Shown: positions 30,201 through 39,427, counted from the first letter of the stretch. The stretch: 58,905 nt of DNA from Chitinophagales bacterium (GCA_038203965.1 JBBRDL010000001.1:1-58905), one strand, 5' to 3'. Numbers and translations: made by a program. Notes: generated from the sequence alone by a model not told the origin.

Positions 30201-30498
30201 TAAAAAACTGGCTTTCTGTTGTTCCCAAGCAATCAACCATACTTACTTCTACAAAACCAAGGACATTAGGTCCGGGACCTTCTATATCCACAGTATACCC
30301 CCCTATGACGTCTGTATAAACGCTTTGCAATTCAGCCGTCGAATCGGCGAAAAAGACGGATACCAGGATGTTGACCTCTTCTTGAGGGTCACCTGTGATA
30401 CTCGTCACTGTGCCATTGACATTCACATTCTGTGCCATGGCACCTAGCCAGGTCATTACGGTAAGGAGGGTAAATAGTAAAAGTTTTTTGTTGAACAT
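27274..30498 (-). CDS. giant Cys-rich T9SS cargo protein with 9 Y.WS.G.TT...G.YCVTVT repeats
   Basis: 1074 aa. Signal peptide, nine SprB-repeat-like modules, CarboxypepD_reg-like segments. C-terminus KLYPNPAKHEINI...GLYQINL. Confidence 0.85.
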   Translation of the reverse strand: MFNKKLLLFTLLTVMTWLGAMAQNVNVNGTVTSITGDPQEEVNILVSVFFADSTAELQSVYTDVIGGYTVDIEGPGPNVLGFVEVSMVDCLGTTESQFFTILNGDEIFQADFIYCQEFMIDSCILFIIEEWNPQGQLQLTAWTPPGFATQFSWTTGETTQTIIPQSSGTYCVTAVYPDTTCTLTDCIEVNLDSTGFCFAYIVSYMNPDSSTFNLEVIPSGIAPFAYQWSNGQTTSTLEDVGEGTYCVTVTDASGCSYATCIIVEGFNFCEVYIYEDPGIGGLYAQGYGQMPIYYIWNTGDTSQVLYPNGPGLYCVTMYDAVGCSTSSCYDYGWGQDSCYTYVHAFVSDSNTFALQAIAYTPALPLIYLWSTGETTEYIYPQDPSLTYCATVTDANDCVSTGCFDGSNFCYAWIDLDYVDTSTAILYVYTDSIFNLPGGIPPSYLWSNGATTQVLTVTESGEYCVTVTLGEGCIAEACTYVDFENLGTNCSAWVIQYPDSSGQWYAEAYVWGFGTFEYLWSNGDTNAITAINNPTDYNCVTVTSSFGCETVACADSFYLPCETYISTNYLSNNTAELTATIYNDPNQNGTFLWSTGETGPVITVTTEGEYCVTVTGGGCIHTACAYIYFWNIDTCGVWIAADPSSGLYVEYTANAWGIPPFSYLWSNGSTEPAVQIDFGFHDLCVTVTDSIGCVASGCNFEYDSCYVSLYYSPSPYPTIQIQSADPVALVYWSTGDTLQWLEIAEPGTYCAKVTTIFGCVATTCITIDSLIPGGAQNVISGYVFGDTLVSLQGQVFAYKYELYTGTSFEVADSSLIVNGFYSIDGLADGIYLVKAALESGSANAADFIPTYHWNSTTWEAAMPHVLPNWLTVTTDILMVSANIPNGGGGVIGGFITDPNRLVAGEDEESRGLGGLSGATVLIKDAQGQPLGYAYSMPDGGFRFTDLPYGTYRISYDIAGLTSPDIWVTLTPENPERLNVTLIVDQGSVAVEEPVMQEIKLYPNPAKHEINIPVPGVNTNYQFQLIDMQGKVVSAGSERNTNGVINISLGSFAPGLYQINLKGDQSLYFGRFIKQD

Positions 30499-30610
30499 AC
30501 GGTTTGAAATTATGATTTGGTTTTAAAATTACCTGTTTCAACCTACTATACGGCCCGTTCTGATGAAAGGTTGGGGTGTGAGGGCAAAATTTTCACTTTA
30601 TTTGTACATC

Positions 30611-31882
30611 ATGGCGACTATTCCACTGGCTGAGCGGCTGAGGCCCCGGTCTATTGCAGATATCCTAGGCCAGGAACATCTCTTAAGCGAGGGAGCAGTA
30701 TTACTAAAGGCTATCAGGTCAGGCAAACTACCTTCCATGATTCTTTGGGGGCCACCAGGGGTTGGAAAAACTACGTTGGCCAGAGTGATTGCCGGTGAAA
30801 TGGGAAGATTCTTTATCCCACTATCCGCGATCAATAGCGGTGTAAAAGATATCAGAGATGCTATCGACCAGGCCAAAAAGCAGCGGTTTTTTGACCGGCC
30901 CGGCCCCATCATGTTTATAGATGAGATACACCGGTTTAGCAAATCACAACAAGACAGCCTTTTGGGCGCTGTGGAGGATGGCACCATCACGCTCATTGGG
31001 GCCACTACCGAAAACCCCTCTTTTGAGGTTATTTCGGCACTCTTGTCCAGGTCTCAGGTTTATGTCCTGAAGCCGCTTGATGAGGAAAGCATGCGTAAGT
31101 TGATCGCCAGGGCGATCAGCCAGGATGAAGAACTAAAGAAAAAACAAATCATCATTGAAGAGGATAATGCCCTTCTCAGACTGACAGGAGGTGATGCACG
31201 CAAATTATTGTCCGCGCTTGAAATTATCACGAGTCAGGAAGAAGGACCGATCATCATCAATGATGAAAATGTGTTGCATGCCATACAACAGAATATTGGA
31301 TTCTATGACAAAGGTGGCGACCAGCACTACGATATCATTTCAGCTTTTATAAAATCGATACGCGGGTCAGACCCAAATGCTTCTATCTATTGGCTGGCTC
31401 GAATGTTACATGGCGGTGAAGACATCAAATTTATTGCGCGCCGACTTGTCATCCTTGCTGCTGAAGATATAGGCCTGGCTAATCCGAATGCCATTTTACT
31501 TACACAGGCTTGTGCGGATGCTATCCAGTTTGTGGGCATGCCGGAGGCCAGAATCATCCTGTCACAAACGGTGATCTTTTTGGCGACGAGTGCTAAATCC
31601 AATTCCGCATACGAAGCCATAACTGCTGCATTGCAATATGTTGCATCATCAGGTCCTTTACCTGTACCTCTTGCCTTGCGCAATACACCAACACAAATGA
31701 TGAAAAACATGGGTTATGGTTCAGGGTATCAATATAGTCATGCCTATGATGGTAATTTTGCCCAGCAGGAATTTATGCCTGAAGATGTTGCCGGCACCTC
31801 CTTTTATCATCCTGGTAATAATAAGCAGGAAATGGATATTGAAGCCAGAATAAAACACTGGTGGGGAGAGAAGTATACGTGA
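30611..31882 (+). CDS. rarA: replication-associated recombination protein A (AAA+ ATPase)
   Basis: LAERLRPRSIADILGQ, Walker A GPPGVGKTT, Walker B FIDEIHRF, MgsA C-terminal blocks. ATG at 30611. Confidence 0.9.
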   Translation: MATIPLAERLRPRSIADILGQEHLLSEGAVLLKAIRSGKLPSMILWGPPGVGKTTLARVIAGEMGRFFIPLSAINSGVKDIRDAIDQAKKQRFFDRPGPIMFIDEIHRFSKSQQDSLLGAVEDGTITLIGATTENPSFEVISALLSRSQVYVLKPLDEESMRKLIARAISQDEELKKKQIIIEEDNALLRLTGGDARKLLSALEIITSQEEGPIIINDENVLHAIQQNIGFYDKGGDQHYDIISAFIKSIRGSDPNASIYWLARMLHGGEDIKFIARRLVILAAEDIGLANPNAILLTQACADAIQFVGMPEARIILSQTVIFLATSAKSNSAYEAITAALQYVASSGPLPVPLALRNTPTQMMKNMGYGSGYQYSHAYDGNFAQQEFMPEDVAGTSFYHPGNNKQEMDIEARIKHWWGEKYT

Positions 31883-31907
31883 TCTGTGATCAAAAAAGCA
31901 AAAAGTT

Positions 31908-31929
31908 AAGCGTAAGCTAGCTTACGCTT
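31908..31929. other. perfect 22-nt palindrome AAGCGTAAGCT/AGCTTACGCTT
   Basis: Lies 26 nt downstream of the rarA stop. No U-tract follows, so it could be a terminator or a binding site. Confidence 0.4.
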
Positions 31930-32104
31930 GCGCGTATGCAAGTTTGAACTTGAGAAAATACGTGTGAATGTAAGCGTACCCTTCATTTTTCTACGACATT
32001 CACAACTCACGAGACTTGTTGTAGCCTGGATTGACATATGATTTTTCTGGCCGTTGAAAACGGCTCACAGACTTTCCTCTAACCTATAATCCTTGTGATT
32101 TGTC

Positions 32105-32257
32105 TCCCGAGGACGTAGGTCAACCTACGCCCAACTTTCACAATTCACAATTCATACTTCGACTACCTCAGTACAAGCAACTTTCACAATTCACAATTCC
32201 TACTTCGACTACCTCAGTACAAGCAACTTTCACAACTGACAACTCACAACTCATGCC
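32105..32257 (+). repeat. 34-nt hairpin motif followed by 46-nt tandem repeat x about 2.7
   Basis: TCCCGAGGACGTAGGTCAACCTACGCCCAACTTT, then 46-nt units at 32132 and 32178 (1 mismatch) and a partial unit from 32224. Confidence 0.9.
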
Positions 32258-32330
32258 TCGGCCGGCTTTCTCACATCCTCGTGCTACAGCTCAGCAACCA
32301 CAATTGACAACAAACATTTACCTTTCGCCC

Positions 32331-33641
32331 ATGATTATCTACAAATTCGGAGGCACCTCACTGGGCAATGCAACAAGAATGAAATCCGTTGCCGATCTCA
32401 TCACCCGTGACGACCACCAAAAGGTTGTGGTTCTTTCAGCAGTGTCAGGCACGACAGACACACTGATCAGACTTTCTAATGCTACTGCAGAAGAAGGTGA
32501 GGAGATCATTGCCGGCATGGAAGGTCAGTACCAACAATATGCCAATGATCTTTTGGCCTATGCTGAATGCAAAGAAGCGGCTGATCGATTTCTTGAATAT
32601 ACATTTGCTTCTCTTCGCGAGGCGCTTGGAAAATCAATGCCGCGGGACGAAAAATGGTTTGTCGCCTATGGAGAAATTATTTCGACATCCTTGTTCAGCC
32701 TGCTGATGGTGGAACGGGGCATCAGCTCTGCTTATATAGCAGCATTGGATTTTATGCGTATCCGTGAGAGCGAACCTGACATGGAAGCCATTAAAACGCT
32801 TTTGCCTGCCGTGATGACTGCAGCAGGCGATGTCAAAATCTACATAACACAAGGATACATCTGCAGAAACGAACTGGGCCAAATCGATAATCTCCGACGC
32901 GGCGGAAGTGATTATTCAGCTACCATCATCGGTGCTGCAATGCTCGCGGACGAAATCCAGATCTGGACAGATATAGACGGAGTCCACAATAATGATCCGC
33001 GCATCGTTAAAAAAACAAGCCGTATCGATGAGTTGAGTTATGCTGAGGCCGCCGAACTTGCCTATTTCGGAGCGAAAATCCTCCATCCACTTTGTGTTCG
33101 ACCTGCACGGGAAACCGGCATACCCATCAGACTCCTCAACACCCTCAATCCTGACGCGGAAGGGACTATCATCCACCGCGAAAACCTCTCTGAAAAAGGA
33201 GGTGTAAAAGCCGTTGCCGCCAAAGACGGAATCATTGCCATCAATATCCGCTCTTCACACATGCTCATGGCCCACGGTTTCCTGCGCAAAATTTTTGACG
33301 TCTTCGAGCATCACAAGACTTCCGTCGATATGATTACCACAGCAGAGGTTGCCGTCAGTCTCACCATTGATGATGATACCAACCTCGACAAGATCATTGC
33401 CGAATTGCAAGACTATAGTACGATCACCGTAGACAAAGACCAGACAATCATTTGCGTCGTAGGTGATTTCCGAAAAGGAGATGCCGGAATTGCTGTCCAG
33501 GTGCTCAATCCCCTGAGGAATATCCCAATCCGAATGATCTCCTCCGGAGGAAGTGAAAGCAATATCTCTGTCCTCATCGATTCACAATACAAACAACAGG
33601 CGCTAGAAGCATTAAATCAAGACCTCTTCGGCCAGACTTAA
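32331..33641 (+). CDS. lysC: aspartate kinase
   Basis: MIIYKFGGTSLGN start, kinase core, and C-terminal ACT-like region. The track ORF extension 32100-32330 translates the tandem repeats. Confidence 0.9.
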   Translation: MIIYKFGGTSLGNATRMKSVADLITRDDHQKVVVLSAVSGTTDTLIRLSNATAEEGEEIIAGMEGQYQQYANDLLAYAECKEAADRFLEYTFASLREALGKSMPRDEKWFVAYGEIISTSLFSLLMVERGISSAYIAALDFMRIRESEPDMEAIKTLLPAVMTAAGDVKIYITQGYICRNELGQIDNLRRGGSDYSATIIGAAMLADEIQIWTDIDGVHNNDPRIVKKTSRIDELSYAEAAELAYFGAKILHPLCVRPARETGIPIRLLNTLNPDAEGTIIHRENLSEKGGVKAVAAKDGIIAINIRSSHMLMAHGFLRKIFDVFEHHKTSVDMITTAEVAVSLTIDDDTNLDKIIAELQDYSTITVDKDQTIICVVGDFRKGDAGIAVQVLNPLRNIPIRMISSGGSESNISVLIDSQYKQQALEALNQDLFGQT

Positions 33642-33806
33642 TCATCTTGTAATCAAAAGCTGTATTTTTTGCATACCCTTATCTGTAACGGTAACAAGCA
33701 CCAGATAAGGAGTAAAACAAATGTCCGGGAGGCGACTAACCGATTAAGAGGATTATCAGCCGTATCCCTATCTTTAGCCCTTCAAGTTTTACCGCAAAGC
33801 AATTTC

Positions 33807-34958
33807 ATGTCTACAGTTCAACATTTGGCACACGATCATAAGATCATTGAAGAGACCGCCCGTCAGTTTGCCCGCACGAATATCCTGCCCCATGTGATGG
33901 AATGGGATGAAAGCCAGCATTTTCCTATGGATTTGATGCATCAGTTAGGCGAACAAGGCTTACTCGGGGTGCTTATTCCAGAGGAATATGATGGTTCTGG
34001 TCTTGGCTACCAGGAGTATATCACCATTATCACGGAAATTGCCAAAGTCTGTGGCTCCATAGGCTTGTCCCTTGCAGCCCATAATTCGTTGTGCACAAAT
34101 CATATTTACACGTTTGGTACTGAGGAGCAAAGGCGCCGATGGCTCCCTAAACTGGCGACAGGTCAGTGGATCGGAGCCTGGGGACTTACTGAACCCAATA
34201 CAGGAAGTGATGCGATGCGCATGCAATGCACCGCGGTCAAGGACGGGGACGACTATATCCTCAACGGAACCAAGTGCTGGATCACCCACGGGAAATCCGG
34301 GCATATAGCCGTGGTCATCGCCCGTACCGGTGATTTATTGGACAGCCGTGGTATGACAGCTTTTGTGGTAGAAAGAGGCACGCCGGGATTTAATGCAGGC
34401 AAAAAAGAAAACAAACTGGGCATGCGTGCTTCAGAAACTGCAGAAATAATCTTCGAAGATTGTCGTGTCCCCGCAGCTAATATTTTAGGGAAAGTAGGTG
34501 ATGGCTTTGTTCAGTCTATGAAAATACTGGATGGTGGCAGGATCTCAATTGGTGCTTTGGCACTGGGCATAGCAAAGGGAGCTTATGAAGCGTCCGTGCA
34601 ATATGCAAAAGAAAGACATCAGTTCGGACAGCCTATTGCCAGTTTCCAGGCGATCAGCTTCAAACTGGCGGATATGGCTACCAAAATTGAAGCGGCTGAA
34701 ATGCTTTTACGCAAAGCGGCTGATTTAAAAAATGCCGGCAAAAATTGTACGAAGGTTGCCGCCATGGCTAAATACTATGCTTCAGAAATAAGTGTGCAGG
34801 TATCGACAGATGCAGTGCAGATTTTTGGCGGATATGGATATACCAAGGATTTCCCAGTGGAGAAATATTATCGCGACAGCAAATTGTGCACTATCGGTGA
34901 AGGCACTTCTGAAATTCAAAAAATAGTGATTGCCAGGGAGCTGGTCAGAGAACTTTAA
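33807..34958 (+). CDS. acyl-CoA dehydrogenase (short/branched-chain type)
   Basis: GLTEPNTGSDA, ...CWITHG..., QIFGGYGYTKDFPVEKYYRDSKLCTIGEGTSEIQ. ATG at 33807. Confidence 0.9.
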   Translation: MSTVQHLAHDHKIIEETARQFARTNILPHVMEWDESQHFPMDLMHQLGEQGLLGVLIPEEYDGSGLGYQEYITIITEIAKVCGSIGLSLAAHNSLCTNHIYTFGTEEQRRRWLPKLATGQWIGAWGLTEPNTGSDAMRMQCTAVKDGDDYILNGTKCWITHGKSGHIAVVIARTGDLLDSRGMTAFVVERGTPGFNAGKKENKLGMRASETAEIIFEDCRVPAANILGKVGDGFVQSMKILDGGRISIGALALGIAKGAYEASVQYAKERHQFGQPIASFQAISFKLADMATKIEAAEMLLRKAADLKNAGKNCTKVAAMAKYYASEISVQVSTDAVQIFGGYGYTKDFPVEKYYRDSKLCTIGEGTSEIQKIVIARELVREL

Positions 34959-37222
34959 TTCATTACCATTTTCTCTACCCATTGCTGATTGCCGTTACGC
35001 AACAGCAGCAAGTACATTCCGGCTACTTTATTGGAAAGTTGAACCCGAGTATTTGGGCCATTTTCATAAAGGCTCACATGCTGTTTTCTGCCAAGGAGAT
35101 CATACATTTCAATGGTCCAATTCCTTTCACTTTTCCAGGTCACATCCACTACCCCATTTCCTAAACGACCTTCGATGTGGTAAGGCTTTTCTGCAAGTCC
35201 ATCCACATCTGTGACACTGGTGTATCCAACCAATAAACCTGTGGAAAATAACTCAAGACCTCCTCTTTGATTGCCGATGATTAATTCATACACACCATCA
35301 TTATTGAGGTCAGCCAACGCGGGAGCACTCCTGTTACCGACATCGATTGATCCAAAGTTATCCTCTACTAAAGTGATGGCACCTGTTTTGCCATTTTCGA
35401 GATGATCATATAACAATAGATTTCCCAGGTCACTTCCTGTCATCAATACCAAGCCTGACTGTGTGCGCACAATAGATGGTGTACTGAATTGTGGTAAACC
35501 AATTTGAATGTCAAACAATACCCGGCCAAAGCATTGGGTATTGGGTGCAGCTGTTGGATCAGGATTAAATAAAGCCGCACCTGCCGCGCCTATGTTTTCA
35601 AAATAATTAAGATTACTGCAACGCCCATTGACATCTGCATTACCTGTTCTTTCTCCTATGACAAGGTCACCTAATCCATCACCATTGATGTCCATGATTT
35701 GGGGTGTGGCTGATACGCCTACCGCGATATTCATAAAGGGATGTACCACGGTTTCGAAATCCATTTCTTGACCTTCACTTGCTTTATTCCTGAAGAAAAA
35801 CAGCTTTCCATTCTGATCCCCTACCACAAGGTCAACAGATCCATTACCATCAATATCCCCAAAAGCAGGTGCGTAATCAAAAATGGGTAGCACGGCATAT
35901 TGTGCCATATCAAGGAAATCATCATCCACACGCTCGAAATAAGGTTGTGTTGGTGTACCCTGGTTTTCAAATAACCATAGGGAAGGAATACGAGTTACTG
36001 CACCCTCGGCATATCTGTAACCTCCCATGATCAGGTCAGGCAATCCATCACCATTTACATCTGCTACCGCGGGACGGCTATGGGATCCTATGTCAATCAT
36101 TTCATTCTGAAGAAAACCTTTTTCTTCCAGTTGATAGTTTAGCGGCCCGACTGCTAAATCATCATCATAGCGCCACACACTTTTCCTGTCTTCAGCTAGG
36201 GCAGTTGTATTGATAGCTGCCAGGAATTCAGGTTCAGGATCATCATCCAACTCTACACTATAGCCTGCTACAAAAATGGGTAAATCAATCGGTCTGTTGG
36301 CGGAAGGGAAATTGAGTTCCTGCTCGGTCATCCAGGCTTCACTGGCATTAAGCCCATTGCGTAAAAAAATCATACGCCTTGACCCGATATCTCCTAAAAA
36401 AGCATCTTTATCGCCATCAAAATCAACATCAAGAGCCAAAACAGTACTTCCGGAATGTCGGGGAAGAATTTCTTCCTCACCGGTAAAATTTCCATCTGAA
36501 CACATGTCCGGATCATCACTGAGATAAACGGTTTCGCTAATATCATTTTCCAATATCTTACCCCAACAGAAGTCATCCAGGATAAATCGAAGAGAGTCGG
36601 CACCCCAACCGGATTGCACGGATTGATTGGCGAAAAAACTTATAAAACCACCACCGGGCTCGAAAGCCAGAACATCAATATCACCATCTCCATCCACATC
36701 CGTGATAGATGGTATATCCTCCCACGAAACATACATGTTTGTAAAATCACCTCCGGATGGCACTTGGAGATAGGACTTGCCACGATCCCACAGTTGGGTA
36801 AAACTCCATTGTCCGTTTTGATAGGCCCCTTTATACACCGTGATACCCGGGATACCAAACCCGACAGAGCTGGTGAATATATCTTCAACTCCATCCAGAT
36901 CAAAATCAGCAATATGCACCCATTGGAAAAGATTAGGAAAGGAAGGCAAATAGCTAAAGTCCATAACCCACCTGCCGCTGGCGGGAAGGCGCAGATAAGT
37001 GCGCAAAACATCACCCTGGCGGTCAAAAGAAATCAAATCCTGTATGCCATCCCGGTTAAGGTCAATATTGGAAAATTGTGGTGCATTAAAACCGCCATTC
37101 CAATCCATGACTAATTCTTCACCATCAATCGTCACAGGAAGTTGTATACGTTCCTGGGCAGACAACATCAATGTCGTCAAGGACCAGAAAGTAATATGGA
37201 GGTAAATATTAATTTTTTTCAT
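34955..37222 (-). CDS. FG-GAP/VCBS repeat protein with T9SS C-terminal domain
   Basis: Repeated D.NGDG..DL..G modules and a signal peptide. C-terminus MYDLLGRK...GMYLLLL. Confidence 0.8.
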   Translation of the reverse strand: MKKINIYLHITFWSLTTLMLSAQERIQLPVTIDGEELVMDWNGGFNAPQFSNIDLNRDGIQDLISFDRQGDVLRTYLRLPASGRWVMDFSYLPSFPNLFQWVHIADFDLDGVEDIFTSSVGFGIPGITVYKGAYQNGQWSFTQLWDRGKSYLQVPSGGDFTNMYVSWEDIPSITDVDGDGDIDVLAFEPGGGFISFFANQSVQSGWGADSLRFILDDFCWGKILENDISETVYLSDDPDMCSDGNFTGEEEILPRHSGSTVLALDVDFDGDKDAFLGDIGSRRMIFLRNGLNASEAWMTEQELNFPSANRPIDLPIFVAGYSVELDDDPEPEFLAAINTTALAEDRKSVWRYDDDLAVGPLNYQLEEKGFLQNEMIDIGSHSRPAVADVNGDGLPDLIMGGYRYAEGAVTRIPSLWLFENQGTPTQPYFERVDDDFLDMAQYAVLPIFDYAPAFGDIDGNGSVDLVVGDQNGKLFFFRNKASEGQEMDFETVVHPFMNIAVGVSATPQIMDINGDGLGDLVIGERTGNADVNGRCSNLNYFENIGAAGAALFNPDPTAAPNTQCFGRVLFDIQIGLPQFSTPSIVRTQSGLVLMTGSDLGNLLLYDHLENGKTGAITLVEDNFGSIDVGNRSAPALADLNNDGVYELIIGNQRGGLELFSTGLLVGYTSVTDVDGLAEKPYHIEGRLGNGVVDVTWKSERNWTIEMYDLLGRKQHVSLYENGPNTRVQLSNKVAGMYLLLLRNGNQQWVEKMVMN

Positions 37223-37361
37223 AGCTTTCTTAAATCTCTACAAAGGTAGGGCCTTGAAAGGAAAGATATTGTCGTCCGGCAAATAAACAAGAACAATAAT
37301 CCGGGTGTTATGGATGTGCGATTAAGCAAATCACCATAACTGAATAGAATAACTTTATTCC

Positions 37362-37961
37362 ATGTCCGGAGGAATCAGCGAAAAACACTATACCATTCAC
37401 CCTTCATCTGTCATGATAGTATTGATTCTGAGCGGTATCACCACCCTTTTTGGTGCCCTCAGCCTGGCGTACATCTATTCCCGAGCAGATATGGGCATGT
37501 TCAGCATATCTGTGCCCTGGCTTTTTATCATCAACACTTTTATTCTGGCCGCTACAGGTATCTGCATCCAATTATGCTATAAAAACTTCAAACTTCGAAA
37601 TGAAAAGCTCACCTTACGATGGGGCTTTCTCACCATAGGCACTACGATGCTCTTTCTCATTATGCAGGGAACCGCCTGGAACCATTTGTTGACTACACAA
37701 ATCACGCCCGGTTCGTCAGGTGGATATGGTTATCTCTATGCGATATCCATTCTCCATTTTCTTCACGTTGCTGCCGGCATTCCATTTCTACTCCGCATCC
37801 TGTTACCAATTGCTTCCTCTTATCGTCAAGGAAATGCCTCTCTTTTATTTATTGATGATCATGTCAAACGAAAACTCCGGCATACCACATGGTACTGGCA
37901 CTTTATTGATGTAGTGTGGATCTATTTGATGGTGTTTTTCCTGATCAGCTCATTGATTTGA
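37362..37961 (+). CDS. cytochrome c oxidase subunit III-family membrane protein
   Basis: HFLHVAAGIPFLL and TWYWHFIDVVWIYLMVF motifs; 199 aa. Confidence 0.75.
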   Translation: MSGGISEKHYTIHPSSVMIVLILSGITTLFGALSLAYIYSRADMGMFSISVPWLFIINTFILAATGICIQLCYKNFKLRNEKLTLRWGFLTIGTTMLFLIMQGTAWNHLLTTQITPGSSGGYGYLYAISILHFLHVAAGIPFLLRILLPIASSYRQGNASLLFIDDHVKRKLRHTTWYWHFIDVVWIYLMVFFLISSLI

Positions 37962-38026
37962 GGAGAGACGTGAGGCGTGAGACGTGAGGCGTAAGGCATG
38001 AGACGTAAGGCGTGAGACGTAAGGAC
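37962..38026 (+). repeat. 9 tandem 7-nt units GTRAGRC
   Basis: GAGAGAC GTGAGGC GTGAGAC GTGAGGC GTAAGGC ATGAGAC GTAAGGC GTGAGAC GTAAGGA, starting at the first nt after the TGA stop. Confidence 0.9.
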
Positions 38027-38060
38027 ATGGCTGAGCGTCAGCAGGTCGAACCATCACTAT

Positions 38061-38675
38061 TCACTCCTTCAACTTATGTCTGCTTTGCCTGATGATGACT
38101 CGTTCAGCACCTGTCATATCGACGATCGTGGATGGCTCTTGCATGACGCCTTCATCAATGATGATAAAACCAACCTGCTTTTCATTCCGGCCGGTCAGCG
38201 TGTCGGTATCTGTGATATAAGGTTCCATGTCTTCGCTGTTGATGACAGAACTGACAATCAAAGGCATATCTAAGCGCTCCATGATAGATTTGATAACAGG
38301 ATGTTGAGGTATACGAAGACCCAGCGTCTTGCGTTTATTTTTCAGAAATGCCGGAGCCCGGTTTCCTGAATTTAAGATAAACGTAAATGGGCCTGGTAAA
38401 TTTTTATTCAGTAATCGATAGACTGGCGTCTCCCATTGTGTAAAATAATCGGAGGCCTGGCTTAGATCCCTGCAGACAATACTCATCAGCGCATCTTTCG
38501 GATCAATATGCTTCAGGCGACAGATCGATTCAAACCCGGCTTTCTCACTGGAAAGCGAACAAAAGGTATAAACTGAATCCGTAGGCACTATGCCTACCTT
38601 TCCCTTTTTCAAAGTTTCAATGACAAACTCAAGATCATCCGGATGCAATCCGTAACGCTGCGCTTCTATTATCAT
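38061..38675 (-). CDS. tsaC: L-threonylcarbamoyladenylate synthase (YrdC/Sua5 family)
   Basis: YrdC-domain blocks (GKVGIVPTDSVYTFC, LPGPFTFIL, LGLRIP). Start at M20 of the track ORF (38675), which removes the overlap with mqnA. Confidence 0.8.
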   Translation of the reverse strand: MIIEAQRYGLHPDDLEFVIETLKKGKVGIVPTDSVYTFCSLSSEKAGFESICRLKHIDPKDALMSIVCRDLSQASDYFTQWETPVYRLLNKNLPGPFTFILNSGNRAPAFLKNKRKTLGLRIPQHPVIKSIMERLDMPLIVSSVINSEDMEPYITDTDTLTGRNEKQVGFIIIDEGVMQEPSTIVDMTGAERVIIRQSRHKLKE

Positions 38676-38695
38676 GTTGTTATTTTTTTTTGTGA

Positions 38696-39427
38696 TTAGA
38701 TAACAGGCTGACTTTTTAACGAAGTCACCCATTGTAAATACAATTGCATTGCTTCCCGTTTTTTCTGGTCAAGTGGGTAAGAAATATTATGTAAAAGATA
38801 ATCTGTCTGCCAGGCTTCCAAATGAGATTCTCCAGAATGAATCACGGCCATTCCTTTTTCAAAAGCCATATCAAGGTCGTGCATCAATTCCTCCGGTACG
38901 CCATGCCTCGCGATCCAGACAGCAAAAACCATTGGCAATCCGGTAAGCTCTTTCCATGCAGCCCCCAGATCGTATTGATACGGATAGTCTTCCTTATGCT
39001 TGAAAACTTTATCGCCAATCATCAGACACGCTTGTGCAGGAGCATCGTCAGATTGAAAATAATATTCCCAATCTTTTTGCCACAACCTGTCAGCAAGTAT
39101 TTGTAATAACTGATTCGACGTCCTTGAATGATCATCCAGTTTCACTGCTGTAATTTCATCTAAGGGCACCTGACTCAGCAGAACTACAGTGCCTACGGTT
39201 CCATCCGCACCAATGCAATAATTGCCCCGAATCTCATGAGGAGGCACATCATGTAATGCACCAACAGGACATAGGCTGATGTCTACTTTACCTTCCTTAA
39301 AAAGTTGCGCGCATTGAGCAGGGGTCACTCTCGATATATCAAGTGTTGCAGCGAGTTGTGTCAGCTTCAATCCTTCAGAAAATGGAAACGTGTTGAGATA
39401 CTCAACCAGCGCGATACGATATTTCAT
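38696..39427 (-). CDS. mqnA: chorismate dehydratase MqnA (futalosine pathway)
   Basis: MKYRIALVEYLNTFPF N-terminus and periplasmic-binding-fold-like layout typical of MqnA. Confidence 0.8.
   Translation of the reverse strand: MKYRIALVEYLNTFPFSEGLKLTQLAATLDISRVTPAQCAQLFKEGKVDISLCPVGALHDVPPHEIRGNYCIGADGTVGTVVLLSQVPLDEITAVKLDDHSRTSNQLLQILADRLWQKDWEYYFQSDDAPAQACLMIGDKVFKHKEDYPYQYDLGAAWKELTGLPMVFAVWIARHGVPEELMHDLDMAFEKGMAVIHSGESHLEAWQTDYLLHNISYPLDQKKREAMQLYLQWVTSLKSQPVI

Noticed and set aside
32100-32330. N-terminal 77-aa extension of the aspartate kinase ORF
   Set aside because: It translates the hairpin motif and the 46-nt tandem repeats. The conserved kinase N-terminus MIIYKFGGTS starts at ATG 32331.
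38044-38052. GGTCGAACC / AGTCGAACC strings (also 52003-52011) as possible tRNA T-arms
   Set aside because: No acceptor-stem complement, anticodon arm or D-arm can be drawn around them. They lie inside the repeat-associated GC-rich spacers.
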